A DNA stretch of 52,360 bases, taken from the NCBI GenBank assembly GCA_964506005.1, contig CAZDLX010000003.1, positions 1 to 52,360 of the forward strand, read 5' to 3'. How positions within the stretch are numbered: position 1 is the stretch's first letter; every line of letters begins with the position of its first letter. The notes under the pieces were generated by a model, which saw nothing but the letters and a program-made list of their open reading frames with translations, made no database searches and was not told the origin of the DNA. The stretch is from an uncultured Anaerolineae bacterium. GTDB taxonomy: Bacteria; Chloroflexota; Anaerolineae; Aggregatilineales; UBA3940. Below are positions 36,884-45,829 of the stretch, piece by piece. Both the position numbers and the translations under genes were made by a program.

Positions 36884-37864
36884 ATGAACCGCGCTGTCGA
36901 TATTGCACAGGGATACGTCTACGTCGTCTCCGACCTGCATGGCGAGTGGGACCCTTATGCCCACTACCGCGACCACTTCCTTTCTCTGTATGCCGATGGC
37001 CGCGCACATCACCTCGTGTTCCTCGGCGACATGATTCACGGCTACGGCCTGCCCGAAGAAGACGACTCGGTTGAGATTTTGCTGGACCTGATCAACCTCC
37101 AGCACCAGTTCGAACCCGGTACCATCATGATGCTGCTGGGCAACCACGAGCTGGCGCACATCTACTTCACCCCCATCAGCAAGGGTGAAATCAACTTCGT
37201 GCCGCGCTTTGAACACGCGATGGGCGAGCACCGCGAGGCTATCATGTCGTTCCTGCGCTCGCTGCCCTTCGTCGTGCGGACGGGGGCAGGGGTGATGCTG
37301 ACGCACGCCGGCGCGGGCATGCACACGGCGACACCCGAGGCGGCGCAGTGGCTTCTGAACCTCTCACACGAAGACCTGCTGGCGGAGGCGGATCACCTGC
37401 TGGCTCGCAGCGACGTACGCGATCTGCTCGCGGCGTTTGGGCAGGTCACGGCGGCAGAGTACGAGGCGATGGCACGCGATCAGCTCGCCATCACGGGGTA
37501 CGACGACCCCCGCTATAACGACCTGCTCCGCGGGTTCATTGTGAACAACCTTGAGCCGGAGTGGGACGTGCTGTGGGACTTCTTCTTCACGCAGGCCGAA
37601 CGGGAGTACAGCCCCGCGACGTATCGCTGGCTGCTGGAAACGTTCCTGGAGGTGTTCTCGCCGCCGGGGATGCCCCAGCGCGTGCTGGTGGCGGGCCATC
37701 TGCCCGTCGATGGCGGCTATGAAATCGTCGGTGACCGGCAGATCCGACTGGCAAGCTGGGCGCACGCCCGTCCGCGCTCGAAGGCGAGCTACCTGCTGTT
37801 CGACGCGGCACAGCCTGCCTTCGCTGCGCTGGACCTGGAGCCTGATATCTACCGGCTGCCGTAG
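36884..37864 (+). CDS. metallophosphoesterase (PPP/ApaH-like phosphatase fold)
   Basis: Motifs VVSDLHGE, FLGDMIHG and LLGNHE, in order. ATG 36884 follows GGGAG. The track start is at 36857. Confidence 0.7.
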   Translation: MNRAVDIAQGYVYVVSDLHGEWDPYAHYRDHFLSLYADGRAHHLVFLGDMIHGYGLPEEDDSVEILLDLINLQHQFEPGTIMMLLGNHELAHIYFTPISKGEINFVPRFEHAMGEHREAIMSFLRSLPFVVRTGAGVMLTHAGAGMHTATPEAAQWLLNLSHEDLLAEADHLLARSDVRDLLAAFGQVTAAEYEAMARDQLAITGYDDPRYNDLLRGFIVNNLEPEWDVLWDFFFTQAEREYSPATYRWLLETFLEVFSPPGMPQRVLVAGHLPVDGGYEIVGDRQIRLASWAHARPRSKASYLLFDAAQPAFAALDLEPDIYRLP

Positions 37865-37882
37865 CGCTGCTGCTGCGCCGTT

Positions 37883-39520
37883 CTAGCGCAGCTCGGACTC
37901 CTGCTGCTCGGTGGTGGCTGCGGGCGCGTTGAAGGTGTTCACCGGCTCGCGGCACACGCACGCCTCACGGTATTCCTCGCCGCGCACCATCGAACCGTCA
38001 TACTCTTTGCCGAACGTGTAGACCAGCCACCCCTCGATATTCCACTGCGGCGCAGGCGCGTCGAGCATGCAGCCGGTGCAGTCAGCGGCGATCCACTCGC
38101 CGTTATAGCGCCGAGCGATGTGCAGGTGCGTGGCGAAGCTCACGCCGCCCTCGCACGACGGGTGGCCTATCGGGTCGCCCTTCCTGACGTGCTGGCCTTC
38201 CTCGACGGCGCGTCCCTCGCTCGACAGGTGCAGGTACAAGATCGTCCAGCCGGTGCCTTCGAAGCCATCGCCGTCGAGGTCGAGGACGACGAGCCCATGC
38301 TCGGAGCGCGCGATCACACCGTCCGCGACGGCGCGCGCCCAGTCCGGCGACACCTCGCAGCCAAGCCCGACCTCGTCTGCGGAGACGAAGTCGAGCGCAG
38401 CCCAGGCGCTGCCGGAGCCCCAGCCGCCGTGCGGCCCGCCCGTGAAGTACCACACTTCGTCGTCGTTGAACGGGAAGCCGAGCTCCGGCTGCTGCAGATC
38501 CGGCGGGATCAGCGGCTCGACGGCGAAGCGCCACGGGTCGCCAAACAGGTCAACGTACGTCTGGAAGACGCCCGTGTATTCTGAGGCGGCGAGCCAGGTA
38601 TCGTACGTGCGTGTCTGCGCCAGCAGCGTCTGCACGGCGGCAGTGCCCGCGTTGATCGTCGGGTCGAGCCCGGCGCGCAGCCCGTCGGCGAGCAGGGCAG
38701 CGGTGAGGCCGCGCTGGCGCCAGCCGTAATAGCCGACCTGCAGCTGCTTCCCCGCCCAGTCGAGCTGGCGGTACAGGCCGAAGATCTGCTGCGGGCGCTC
38801 GCGGTAGTTCATCGGGTACAGCGCCTGCTCGTCCGTCACCATCGGCTGGCTCAACCAGCCGCTCTCGTACTCCAGCAGAGCCAGCAGCAGCCGTGGGCTG
38901 ATGCTCTGCTCGATGGCGACCCGGTCGACGATCTCCGCGGCGCTCCACTGCCGCCCGTCGAGCTCCTCGGTATAGCGGGCGAAGAAGCTGTCTGGGATGA
39001 CGGTGGCCGCTGCCTGAACGTCAAAACCGCGCAGAGACGGGCCGTATACCAGCTCGGAGTCCGGGATGATTTTGAAGGCCGGGCCCATCGTCTGCACGCC
39101 GAGTGGGATGACGAGATTCTGGCCGGTCGAGAGCAGGTTGGCGTCGGCGAGGCCGTTTGCGGCGAGGATCGACTCGGGAGCTACCCCGTAGCGATCGGCG
39201 ATGGCGTTGAGCGTATCGCCGAACTGCACGACGTGCACCTGATCCTGCGTGGGATCGATCACGGCGGCGCGCGTCGGGTTAGGCGTCGGGATGAACGAGG
39301 GGGTAGGAGGTACGGCGGGCGCGTCGTCTGGCGCGGCCCCCCCCGCCGGCACCGGCGGCTGGATCATCTCCTCGGGCAGCACGGTGACATCCGGCGCGCT
39401 GGCCAGCCCCGGCTGGGGGGTCGCGGTTACCAGCACGAACGGGTCCCGACCGCCGCCGCAGGCCGTCAGAATGGCAAGTGCGAACAGCAGGGGGAAGGTC
39501 AGGCGGATGGCAGTTCTCAC
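37883..39520 (-). CDS. LysM-domain M23 family metallopeptidase (lipoprotein)
   Basis: The GTG start gives (M)RTAIRLTFPLLFALAILTACGG, with a lipobox. The LysM domain is HVVQFGDTLNAIADRYGV...NLVIP. The C-terminal M23 signature is ILYLHLS...GDPIGHPSCEGG...THLHI. Confidence 0.85.
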   Translation of the reverse strand: MRTAIRLTFPLLFALAILTACGGGRDPFVLVTATPQPGLASAPDVTVLPEEMIQPPVPAGGAAPDDAPAVPPTPSFIPTPNPTRAAVIDPTQDQVHVVQFGDTLNAIADRYGVAPESILAANGLADANLLSTGQNLVIPLGVQTMGPAFKIIPDSELVYGPSLRGFDVQAAATVIPDSFFARYTEELDGRQWSAAEIVDRVAIEQSISPRLLLALLEYESGWLSQPMVTDEQALYPMNYRERPQQIFGLYRQLDWAGKQLQVGYYGWRQRGLTAALLADGLRAGLDPTINAGTAAVQTLLAQTRTYDTWLAASEYTGVFQTYVDLFGDPWRFAVEPLIPPDLQQPELGFPFNDDEVWYFTGGPHGGWGSGSAWAALDFVSADEVGLGCEVSPDWARAVADGVIARSEHGLVVLDLDGDGFEGTGWTILYLHLSSEGRAVEEGQHVRKGDPIGHPSCEGGVSFATHLHIARRYNGEWIAADCTGCMLDAPAPQWNIEGWLVYTFGKEYDGSMVRGEEYREACVCREPVNTFNAPAATTEQQESELR

Positions 39521-39573
39521 GATGTTTCGTCCTGCGATGTGCCGGGTGGCGCGATCAGTGCCAGCATTGCATC

Positions 39574-40593
39574 CTACTCAGTCTCGGTCGGGGCGATGGC
39601 GCGGGTCAGCAGCGGCAGCGAGACATCGTAACGCCAATTAACGTTGCGGTGCCCGCCCGCGAATTCCTCGAAGACGTGCTCGACGCCGTGCTCCTCCAGC
39701 AGGCGGTGGAAGCGCCGCGCGCCGAGAAACAGGTTGAATTCGTCGTACAGGCCACAGTCGACATATACGAGAGCCAGCGACCGGAGTGCGTCGAGATGGT
39801 CCGGCGCGGTGCGCAGCGGGTCGTGGGCCTGCCAGCGGGCCCACACGTCGGGCCTGATTTGCCCGGTATACGGGTCGAAGGGCAGGTCGAAGCCGGTTGG
39901 TGCATCTGGGTTGGGCGAGTAGCAGGCGCTCATTGCGACCAGGCTGAGCCCGCTGAACCAGTCCCGGCTTTTGTCGCCGGGGCGCTCGATCTCGCGCAGC
40001 CCGGCGACGAACGCCTCCACGCCGCCCGCCTTCTCGTATTCGCGCAGTGCGCCGGGGATGTCGGGCCAGTAACACGCCTCGAACAGCATATCGCCGCTGT
40101 GGCTGGCGGCGGCATGGAACAGGCCCGGGTGCCGCATCGCCAGGCGCAGCGCGCCGAAGCCGCCGCTGCTGTAGCCCATCACAGCGCGGTGCTCGCGTGC
40201 TGCAAGTGTCCGGAAGTGAGCGTCGAGGAAGGGTACGAGTTCCTCGACAACGTAGTCCTCGTAGCGCCCAACGGCGGTTGAGTTGACGTACTGGCTGCCG
40301 CCGTAGGCTGTAAACGCATCGGGGAAGGCGAGAATGGCGGGCGCCGCTTGCCCCGCGGCGATCAGCCGGTCCATACGCTGGACGATGTTTTCATCCCAGG
40401 CCTGGAGGTTGAACAGCCGCTCGCCCCAGCTTGTGAACGGCGCGAGCACCCACACGACAGGGTAGCGCTGTTCGGGTGAGTCGTCGTAGCCGGGGGGCAG
40501 GTAGACCGGGAGCCGCCGGACGTACGGGTCGCCGAGCGGGTTATCCCTGAGCGCGCCGGAGGTGTGTTCGATAAACGTGATAGTGGGTGGCAT
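39574..40593 (-). CDS. alpha/beta-hydrolase, putative esterase family
   Basis: The nucleophile elbow is VMGYSSGGFGAL. The N-terminus ...PYVRRLPVYLPPGYD is typical of esterase D/enterochelin-esterase-like proteins. ATG 40593 is preceded by GGACGAGG. The track start is at 40617. Confidence 0.75.
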   Translation of the reverse strand: MPPTITFIEHTSGALRDNPLGDPYVRRLPVYLPPGYDDSPEQRYPVVWVLAPFTSWGERLFNLQAWDENIVQRMDRLIAAGQAAPAILAFPDAFTAYGGSQYVNSTAVGRYEDYVVEELVPFLDAHFRTLAAREHRAVMGYSSGGFGALRLAMRHPGLFHAAASHSGDMLFEACYWPDIPGALREYEKAGGVEAFVAGLREIERPGDKSRDWFSGLSLVAMSACYSPNPDAPTGFDLPFDPYTGQIRPDVWARWQAHDPLRTAPDHLDALRSLALVYVDCGLYDEFNLFLGARRFHRLLEEHGVEHVFEEFAGGHRNVNWRYDVSLPLLTRAIAPTETE

Positions 40594-40677
40594 ATGCCTC
40601 GTCCCTGGGCGGTCCAACTGCGAGGCATTTTAGCCTGGCAGGGCTCCCGGCACAAACGGGGTTGGCGAGGAGGCAGA

Positions 40678-40734
40678 AGACCTCACCCCGGCACAGCTTC
40701 GCTGTGCCACCCCTCTCCGTATCGCGGAGAAGGG
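40678..40734. repeat. composite REP-like element, same architecture as 15468-15528
   Basis: AGACCTCACCCCGGCACAGCTTCGCTGTGCCACCCCTCTCCGTATCGCGGAGAAGGG. It has the shared AGACCTCACCCC head, a GGCACAGC-ttc-GCTGTGCC hairpin, and a CCCCTCTCCG...CGGAGAAGGG hairpin. Confidence 0.6.
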
Positions 40735-40858
40735 AATATCGCTACTCGGAGACGGGACATTACCGCAAGCGTATCGTCATCTCCATGACGGTCACCTGTG
40801 AGCCAGTTGGGGCGCGGCTTCTCCAGCGATGCCGCTGGGGGTCCTACGATGCAGCAAG

Positions 40859-40887
40859 GTCCCCTCTCTGTGACACGGAGAGGGGAC
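40859..40887. repeat. REP-like hairpin (CCCCTCTC...GAGAGGGG family)
   Basis: GTCCCCTCTC-tgtgacacg-GAGAGGGGAC, a perfect 10-bp stem. Confidence 0.6.
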
Positions 40888-40947
40888 GGAGACGCCCGGT
40901 AGGGCGTCGGGAGGGATGAGGTTGTGTGGCTGTCGCTAGAACCAGAC

Positions 40948-42093
40948 TCAGCCGTCGATGATCACATCTGGCTCGGCGAACAGGAAGTGGTCGTGGTAGT
41001 AGTGAACCAGCAGGAAGCTGAGGATCGCCATGTAGTAGGCGCGGTCGAACGCGAAGTCAAAGCCCGTCTGGAAGACGAAGTACATGATCGCGAACAGCAC
41101 GACTGCCAGCACGACGTCGGCAATCGTCAGGCCGATATTGAACAGGTAGAACTTGCGGGCTGCGCCGTCGCTGGCCATACGCTTGACAAACGGCGAGCGC
41201 TCGAGCTCGCCGCGCCGCTGGCGCAGGTTGAGCAGCATCCACGTCAGCGCGAGGTACTGGAGCGAGTGCCACAGGTTCATACCCTGGAACGCGGTGTCGA
41301 GGTTACCAAGTGCCGGCACGAAGAACGAAGCCACTACAGTGACCGCGATGAACAGCGTTTTGGCGGGGTGCAGCATCCCCTGGCGCCACTCCAGGTAGGT
41401 CTTGACCAGCCAGATCACCAGCGCCACGCCGAACATGGAGCCCGCCAGCCAAACCATCCACGGACCGAGCCCCAGCCCGGCGTAGCCGAGGATCTGCCCG
41501 ACCACCGCGCTGATGTCGTTCACGCCAATCACGAAGTTCCCGCTCGCGATCTTGACGGCAGCCAGCGGGTACAGCGAGGTCAGCACTACGCCGTAGTCGG
41601 CGAAACGGAAGAACTTCGGCAGCTCCGCCTGGCGCTTGTGGTTGTACAGCTCGGTGATGTAGATGATCTGGTGCAGGACGTGGATCGACGCCCAGAAGAA
41701 GAACACCGTCAGCAGGAGCTGGAGCGACAGCACCGCCATCGTGATAACGCCGATGGGGATCAGCACCGAGGACCAGATCACCCGCTTGTGCTTCGCCACG
41801 TAGTCGCGGTCCAGCGCAGTCCGCTGGAAGGTGGCATACATGTGCGGCCCGCCGACGATCAGGGCGACCACGCCGTTGATGATGTTGCGGCTCAGGTCGT
41901 CCACCGTCGTGCCGACCGCCGCAGCAATTGGGCCGAGCACGGACTGCAGCTCCAGCAGGCCCAGGTAGCTCAGGTAGGGGAGGGTGACGAGCACAACACT
42001 CAGCGAGATAAAGGTCAGGTCCCAGTCACGGCTGTGGAGCCACTCGCGCTCCCCGGTTACTTCGCGATGCAGTGCGGTTGTGCTCACGGCCAT
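40948..42093 (-). CDS. polytopic membrane protein with conserved His motifs, function unknown
   Basis: 381 aa from ATG 42093, which is preceded by GGGAGGA. There are about 8-9 hydrophobic segments. His-containing motifs are GGPHMYATFQRT, WASIHVLHQIIY, NLWHSLQYLALTW and LLVHYYHDHFLF. The track start at 42285 has no RBS and a non-membrane leader. Confidence 0.6.
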   Translation of the reverse strand: MAVSTTALHREVTGEREWLHSRDWDLTFISLSVVLVTLPYLSYLGLLELQSVLGPIAAAVGTTVDDLSRNIINGVVALIVGGPHMYATFQRTALDRDYVAKHKRVIWSSVLIPIGVITMAVLSLQLLLTVFFFWASIHVLHQIIYITELYNHKRQAELPKFFRFADYGVVLTSLYPLAAVKIASGNFVIGVNDISAVVGQILGYAGLGLGPWMVWLAGSMFGVALVIWLVKTYLEWRQGMLHPAKTLFIAVTVVASFFVPALGNLDTAFQGMNLWHSLQYLALTWMLLNLRQRRGELERSPFVKRMASDGAARKFYLFNIGLTIADVVLAVVLFAIMYFVFQTGFDFAFDRAYYMAILSFLLVHYYHDHFLFAEPDVIIDG

Positions 42094-42287
42094 GGCATGT
42101 TCCTCCCGTAAACAGCAATTCCCGAACAATACAAAGATTACCCAATACGTCTTATAATAGCCCCGACATTTCGGGGCTGTCAATGGGCCTGCGCGGCAGA
42201 ACAGGCTATCATTGGCGTGGTGGCGCACCGGCGCTGGCCGCCCTGCCGCCGCTTGCGAAATCAGCCTATCAGCGAGTGAGAACACAC

Positions 42288-42869
42288 ATGATCGCCTCAG
42301 TCTCAGGGCAGCTCATCCATATCGGCGACGGCTCCGTCGTGGTGAACGTCGGCGGTGTCGGGCTCGAGATCGCCGTGCCTGCCAGCGTCCTCAGCGACCG
42401 CAGCCGGCTGGGCGAGGTCGTCGACATCGTGACGTACCTTGTCGTGCGCGAGGACGCGCTCACGCTGTACGGGTTCGCCAACCTTGAGGAGAAGGCGACG
42501 TTCCAGCTCCTGCTCGGCGTGCCCGGCGTCGGGCCGCGGCTGGCGCTCTCTGTAATCAACACCCTGGCCCCCCACGTGCTGGCCAATGCCGTACAGCAGG
42601 AGGACGCCGACATCATCGCACGCGTGCCGGGTGTCGGGAAGAAGACTGCCCAGAAGATCGTGCTGGAGCTGCGCGGCAAGCTCGTTGCCGCCGATATGCC
42701 CGCCGGGCTGGCTGCGGTTTCCAGCCTGGATACCGAGGTGATCGAGGTGCTCACCGCTATGGGTTTCAGCATCGTCGAGGCGCAGTCGGCGCTGCAGGCC
42801 ATCCCGCGCGATGCGCCCGAGGACATCGAGGAGCGCGTGCGTCTGGCGCTGGCCTACTTCGCGGACTAG
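42288..42869 (+). CDS. ruvA: Holliday junction branch migration protein RuvA
   Basis: MIASVSGQLIHIGDGSVVVNVGGVGLEIAVP..., HhH motifs (LLGVPGVGPRLA, ARVPGVGKKTAQKIVLEL) and a C-terminal domain III. ATG 42288 is in frame with the track ORF 42072. Confidence 0.9.
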   Translation: MIASVSGQLIHIGDGSVVVNVGGVGLEIAVPASVLSDRSRLGEVVDIVTYLVVREDALTLYGFANLEEKATFQLLLGVPGVGPRLALSVINTLAPHVLANAVQQEDADIIARVPGVGKKTAQKIVLELRGKLVAADMPAGLAAVSSLDTEVIEVLTAMGFSIVEAQSALQAIPRDAPEDIEERVRLALAYFAD

Positions 42870-42879
42870 GAGTCTGGTT

Positions 42880-43446
42880 GTGATTGACCTGAACGCATTC
42901 CCGCATGACGAGATCGACGGGCACATCGTCCGGCTTGACGACGATGCGGCAGCGCTGATTGCCGGTGCAGGGGAGGCGCGCCTGCCCTACGACGTGGCCT
43001 ACACGGGCCGGGTGACCATCGGTTACGGACTCTCACTACTTTACAAGAAAGACACTCTGCTCGTAGAGTGGGTCTATGACGACTTCCGGCGCGAGCACCG
43101 GGGCGAGGCGGCGCTCGACTTCATCCTGCGGCGTGGCGACCTGTTCCCGCGGGCGGACGTCGGCGGCTGGCGAGCTGGCACGGGTAGCCGCGAGGAGCTT
43201 TTCCTGAAACAGCTTGACCTCGCGCCGGGCCTGCAGGCAGTCGCGTTTTTTGCGCAGGGAGCGGCGCCCGCGCTGTTGAGCGTCGCCGTCTGGGTCGATG
43301 CGGCGGTCGATGGCTGGCAGGAGCCACCCGCTGACGACTCGCGCATCCCGCCGCTGCTACGGCAAGCCGTGCCGTGCTGGCTGTCACACCCGGCGGCGCT
43401 CGCGGAAGTGAGCCGGCTGATCGTCTCGGAGGCACCGGATGCCTAG
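42880..43446 (+). CDS. hypothetical protein (188 aa)
   Basis: GTG 42880 lies 7 nt after AGGAG and 10 nt after the ruvA stop. No recognisable motif. The coding-like frame is consistent with local codon usage. Confidence 0.5.
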   Translation: MIDLNAFPHDEIDGHIVRLDDDAAALIAGAGEARLPYDVAYTGRVTIGYGLSLLYKKDTLLVEWVYDDFRREHRGEAALDFILRRGDLFPRADVGGWRAGTGSREELFLKQLDLAPGLQAVAFFAQGAAPALLSVAVWVDAAVDGWQEPPADDSRIPPLLRQAVPCWLSHPAALAEVSRLIVSEAPDA

Positions 43447-43545
43447 CGTCCCACTGCTTTCGAACCGGCTTATAACCGTTTTTCAACGGTGCAGGCTGTG
43501 CATTCTGGCTCAGATGCCATATACTATAGACCGGATGTTCTAATA

Positions 43546-43989
43546 ATGACTGACGCTTTGCAGCACGACCGCCCGGCCCTGGAAGAACTGGCAGCAGCCG
43601 TCCGGCGCTGGCGCGACAAGCACGTTAACAACTACTGGCTGAACGTGAGCTACATGGGCCCGGCGGTCAATCGCTTCGGCGATCACGACCTCACCGTGGT
43701 GGATGGCCGGCTCTGGCACCTGTGGGATGGGCGCTGGCGGCGCGTCGAGCGCGGGTCAGATTACTGGCTGTTCTCCGTGCCCGGAACGCTGGCCTGGGCG
43801 CGAGACGTGCTCACCCGGGCCCCGGCCGGGCCCGAGGGCAGCATCGAAGTGGAGTTCGACGAGAAGTACGGGTTCATCTGGCACCTGCGCGTGCAGGCCG
43901 CCGGGCGCGACGCCAACAACTTCACCTTCGACGTGCGCCGGTTTGCGGTCGGCAGGCACCCGGCCTTCGAGGAGCCGCCCGTTGGCTGA
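43546..43989 (+). CDS. hypothetical Trp-rich protein (147 aa)
   Basis: The internal ATG 43546 gives MTDALQHDRPALEEL...NNYWLNVSYMGPAV...VVDGRLWHLWDGRWRRVERGSDYWLF. The 3' end overlaps the predicted yhhQ-like start. No family recognised. Confidence 0.5.
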   Translation: MTDALQHDRPALEELAAAVRRWRDKHVNNYWLNVSYMGPAVNRFGDHDLTVVDGRLWHLWDGRWRRVERGSDYWLFSVPGTLAWARDVLTRAPAGPEGSIEVEFDEKYGFIWHLRVQAAGRDANNFTFDVRRFAVGRHPAFEEPPVG

Positions 43990-44728
43990 TCAGCCCGGCT
44001 CGCACACCCGGGAAGCGCCGCGCGCATACCGTTACTACGACCTGGTGATGGTGTTGTTCGTGACGGTACTGGTGCTCAGTAACATCGCATCGTCGGCCAA
44101 GATCATCGACTGGGGACGAAGTATCCTCGGCCTGCGGCTGGCGTTCGATGGCGGCACACTGCTGTTCCCGCTGAGCTACATCTTCGGGGACGTGCTGACA
44201 GAAGTGTATGGCTACAGGCGCTCGCGGCGGGTGATCTGGGCGGGGTTCGGGGCGGCGGCGCTGACCGCCCTCACATTGTGGTTGGTTGGCGTGATGCCGG
44301 GTGAGGCAGCCTGGCAGGAGTATGCGGGGCAGGAAGCTTACGACGCCATCCTGGGCGGCATCGCCAGCGGCGGGATCGTGATCGCCAGCCTCATCGCCTA
44401 CTTTGCCGGCGAGTTCACCAACAGCGTTGTGCTGGCGAAGATGAAGGTGTGGACGGAAGGCCGCTTCCTGTGGGCGCGCACCATCGGCTCGACGCTGGTG
44501 GGGCAGGGGGTTGACACGGTGGCGTTTATCCTCCTCGCGACAGCTTTTCAGGTATTTCCCTGGGAGATCGCGCTCTCGCTCATCGTGACGAATTATGTGT
44601 TCAAAGTTGGGATTGAGGCCCTGTTCACGCCCGTTACCTACGCCGTCGTGAGCGCGCTGAAACGCCAGGAAAATGAGGATTATTACGACAGAACAACTGA
44701 TTTTAATCCGTTTCGTATAGACGTGTAG
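43982..44728 (+). CDS. yhhQ: queuosine-precursor transporter family protein (YhhQ/DUF165, VUT family)
   Basis: YRYYDLVMVLFVTVLVLSNIASSAKII...FDGGTLLFPLSYIFGDVLTEVYGYRRSRRVIWAGF is the conserved core of the YhhQ family. There is no in-frame ATG before the first TM. TTG 43982 is the best upstream start, and GTG 44045 or ATG 44048 would truncate the conserved N-terminus. The start is uncertain. Confidence 0.75.
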   Translation: MADQPGSHTREAPRAYRYYDLVMVLFVTVLVLSNIASSAKIIDWGRSILGLRLAFDGGTLLFPLSYIFGDVLTEVYGYRRSRRVIWAGFGAAALTALTLWLVGVMPGEAAWQEYAGQEAYDAILGGIASGGIVIASLIAYFAGEFTNSVVLAKMKVWTEGRFLWARTIGSTLVGQGVDTVAFILLATAFQVFPWEIALSLIVTNYVFKVGIEALFTPVTYAVVSALKRQENEDYYDRTTDFNPFRIDV

Positions 44729-44753
44729 CGGGTTATATGTTAGAAACTGCACC

Positions 44754-45791
44754 ATGACAGACTCTGAGCGCGACCAGAACGAGGCTGAAGAGCAGAGCCT
44801 CGACGAGATTATTGCCGAGAACGAGCGGCTGCTGCAGGAGTACCTGGCGCAGGGCGACGTGGAGGCCCCGGTAATCGAAGACACCCTGCCGGACGGCCAC
44901 CGCTCGGGCTTTGTGGCGGTGGTTGGCAAGCCGAACGTCGGCAAGTCGACGCTGATGAACGCGCTGCTCGGCGAAAAGGTCGCCATTGTGAGCCCGAAGC
45001 CGCAGACGACGCGAGAGCGCCAGCTCGGCATTTACACGGACGACGACGCGCAGATTGTCTTCGTCGATACGCCGGGTATTCACGAGGCACGGACCAAGCT
45101 CGGCGAGTACATGGTGGATGTCGCGAAGTCCAGCATACCTGACGCCGACGTCATCGTGTTCTTAGGCGATGTTTCGGGGCCGCCCACACGCGCAGACGAG
45201 GCCATTGCCGAGGTTATCGGCAAGGCCGGGGGTGTCCCGGTGATTCTAGCGCTGAACAAGCGCGACCTGCTCGCCGATGAGACGCAGGAGCAGGAGAACG
45301 TCGCGGCATACCGGGCGCTGCTGCCCAATGCGCAGCCGCTATTGCTCAGCGCGACAGAAGGCTATAATGTAGACGCGCTGCTGGAGCTGATACTTGAGAA
45401 CCTGTCGGAGGGGCCGCGGTTTTACCCCGCGGACCGGCTCACCGAGACGCAGGTGCGCGACACCGTCGCCGAGATCATCCGGGAGAAGGTACTGCTCCAG
45501 TACGAGGACGAGGTACCGCATTCCGTCGCCGTGCAGGTGACGCAGTTCAAAGAACGAAGCGAGGATCTGACCTACATTGCGGCGACGATCTTCGTAGAGC
45601 GAGATAGCCAGAAACGCATCCTGATCGGCAAGGGGGGCAGCGCGCTCAAGGAGCTGGGGCGCCGGGCGCGCGCGGAGATCGAGCCGATGCTCGGCACGCA
45701 GGTGTTCCTCGAGCTGTGGGTCAAGGTGCTGAAGAACTGGCGACGAGACGTGAGCGCCCTGCGCCGGCTCGGATATGAAGAGCGGCGCTAG
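44754..45791 (+). CDS. era: GTPase Era
   Basis: G1 VVGKPNVGKST, G3 DTPGIH, G4 NKRD and a C-terminal KH domain (...IFVERDSQKRILIGKGGSALKELG). ATG 44754 gives an unusual ~50-aa acidic N-terminal extension. An in-frame GTG near 44857 would give a conventional length. Confidence 0.9.
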   Translation: MTDSERDQNEAEEQSLDEIIAENERLLQEYLAQGDVEAPVIEDTLPDGHRSGFVAVVGKPNVGKSTLMNALLGEKVAIVSPKPQTTRERQLGIYTDDDAQIVFVDTPGIHEARTKLGEYMVDVAKSSIPDADVIVFLGDVSGPPTRADEAIAEVIGKAGGVPVILALNKRDLLADETQEQENVAAYRALLPNAQPLLLSATEGYNVDALLELILENLSEGPRFYPADRLTETQVRDTVAEIIREKVLLQYEDEVPHSVAVQVTQFKERSEDLTYIAATIFVERDSQKRILIGKGGSALKELGRRARAEIEPMLGTQVFLELWVKVLKNWRRDVSALRRLGYEERR

Positions 45792-45829
45792 GCTTGGATG
45801 GCCTTACCGGGCAGAAATACGGGAAAAGA

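Noticed and set aside
40924-42111. 395-aa + strand ORF opposite the His-motif membrane protein
   Set aside because: Its translation is highly charged (Glu/Arg/His/Gln/Asp-rich) and has no RBS. The minus-strand frame gives regular TM segments and a GGGAGGA RBS, so the minus-strand gene was kept.
43447-43990. preQ1 riboswitch upstream of the yhhQ-like transporter
   Set aside because: I could not see the preQ1-I hairpin plus A-rich tail or the class II/III features. The only hairpin (ACCGTT-tttc-AACGGT near 43468-43483) lacks the conserved loop and tail. The transporter ORF also abuts or overlaps an upstream ORF.
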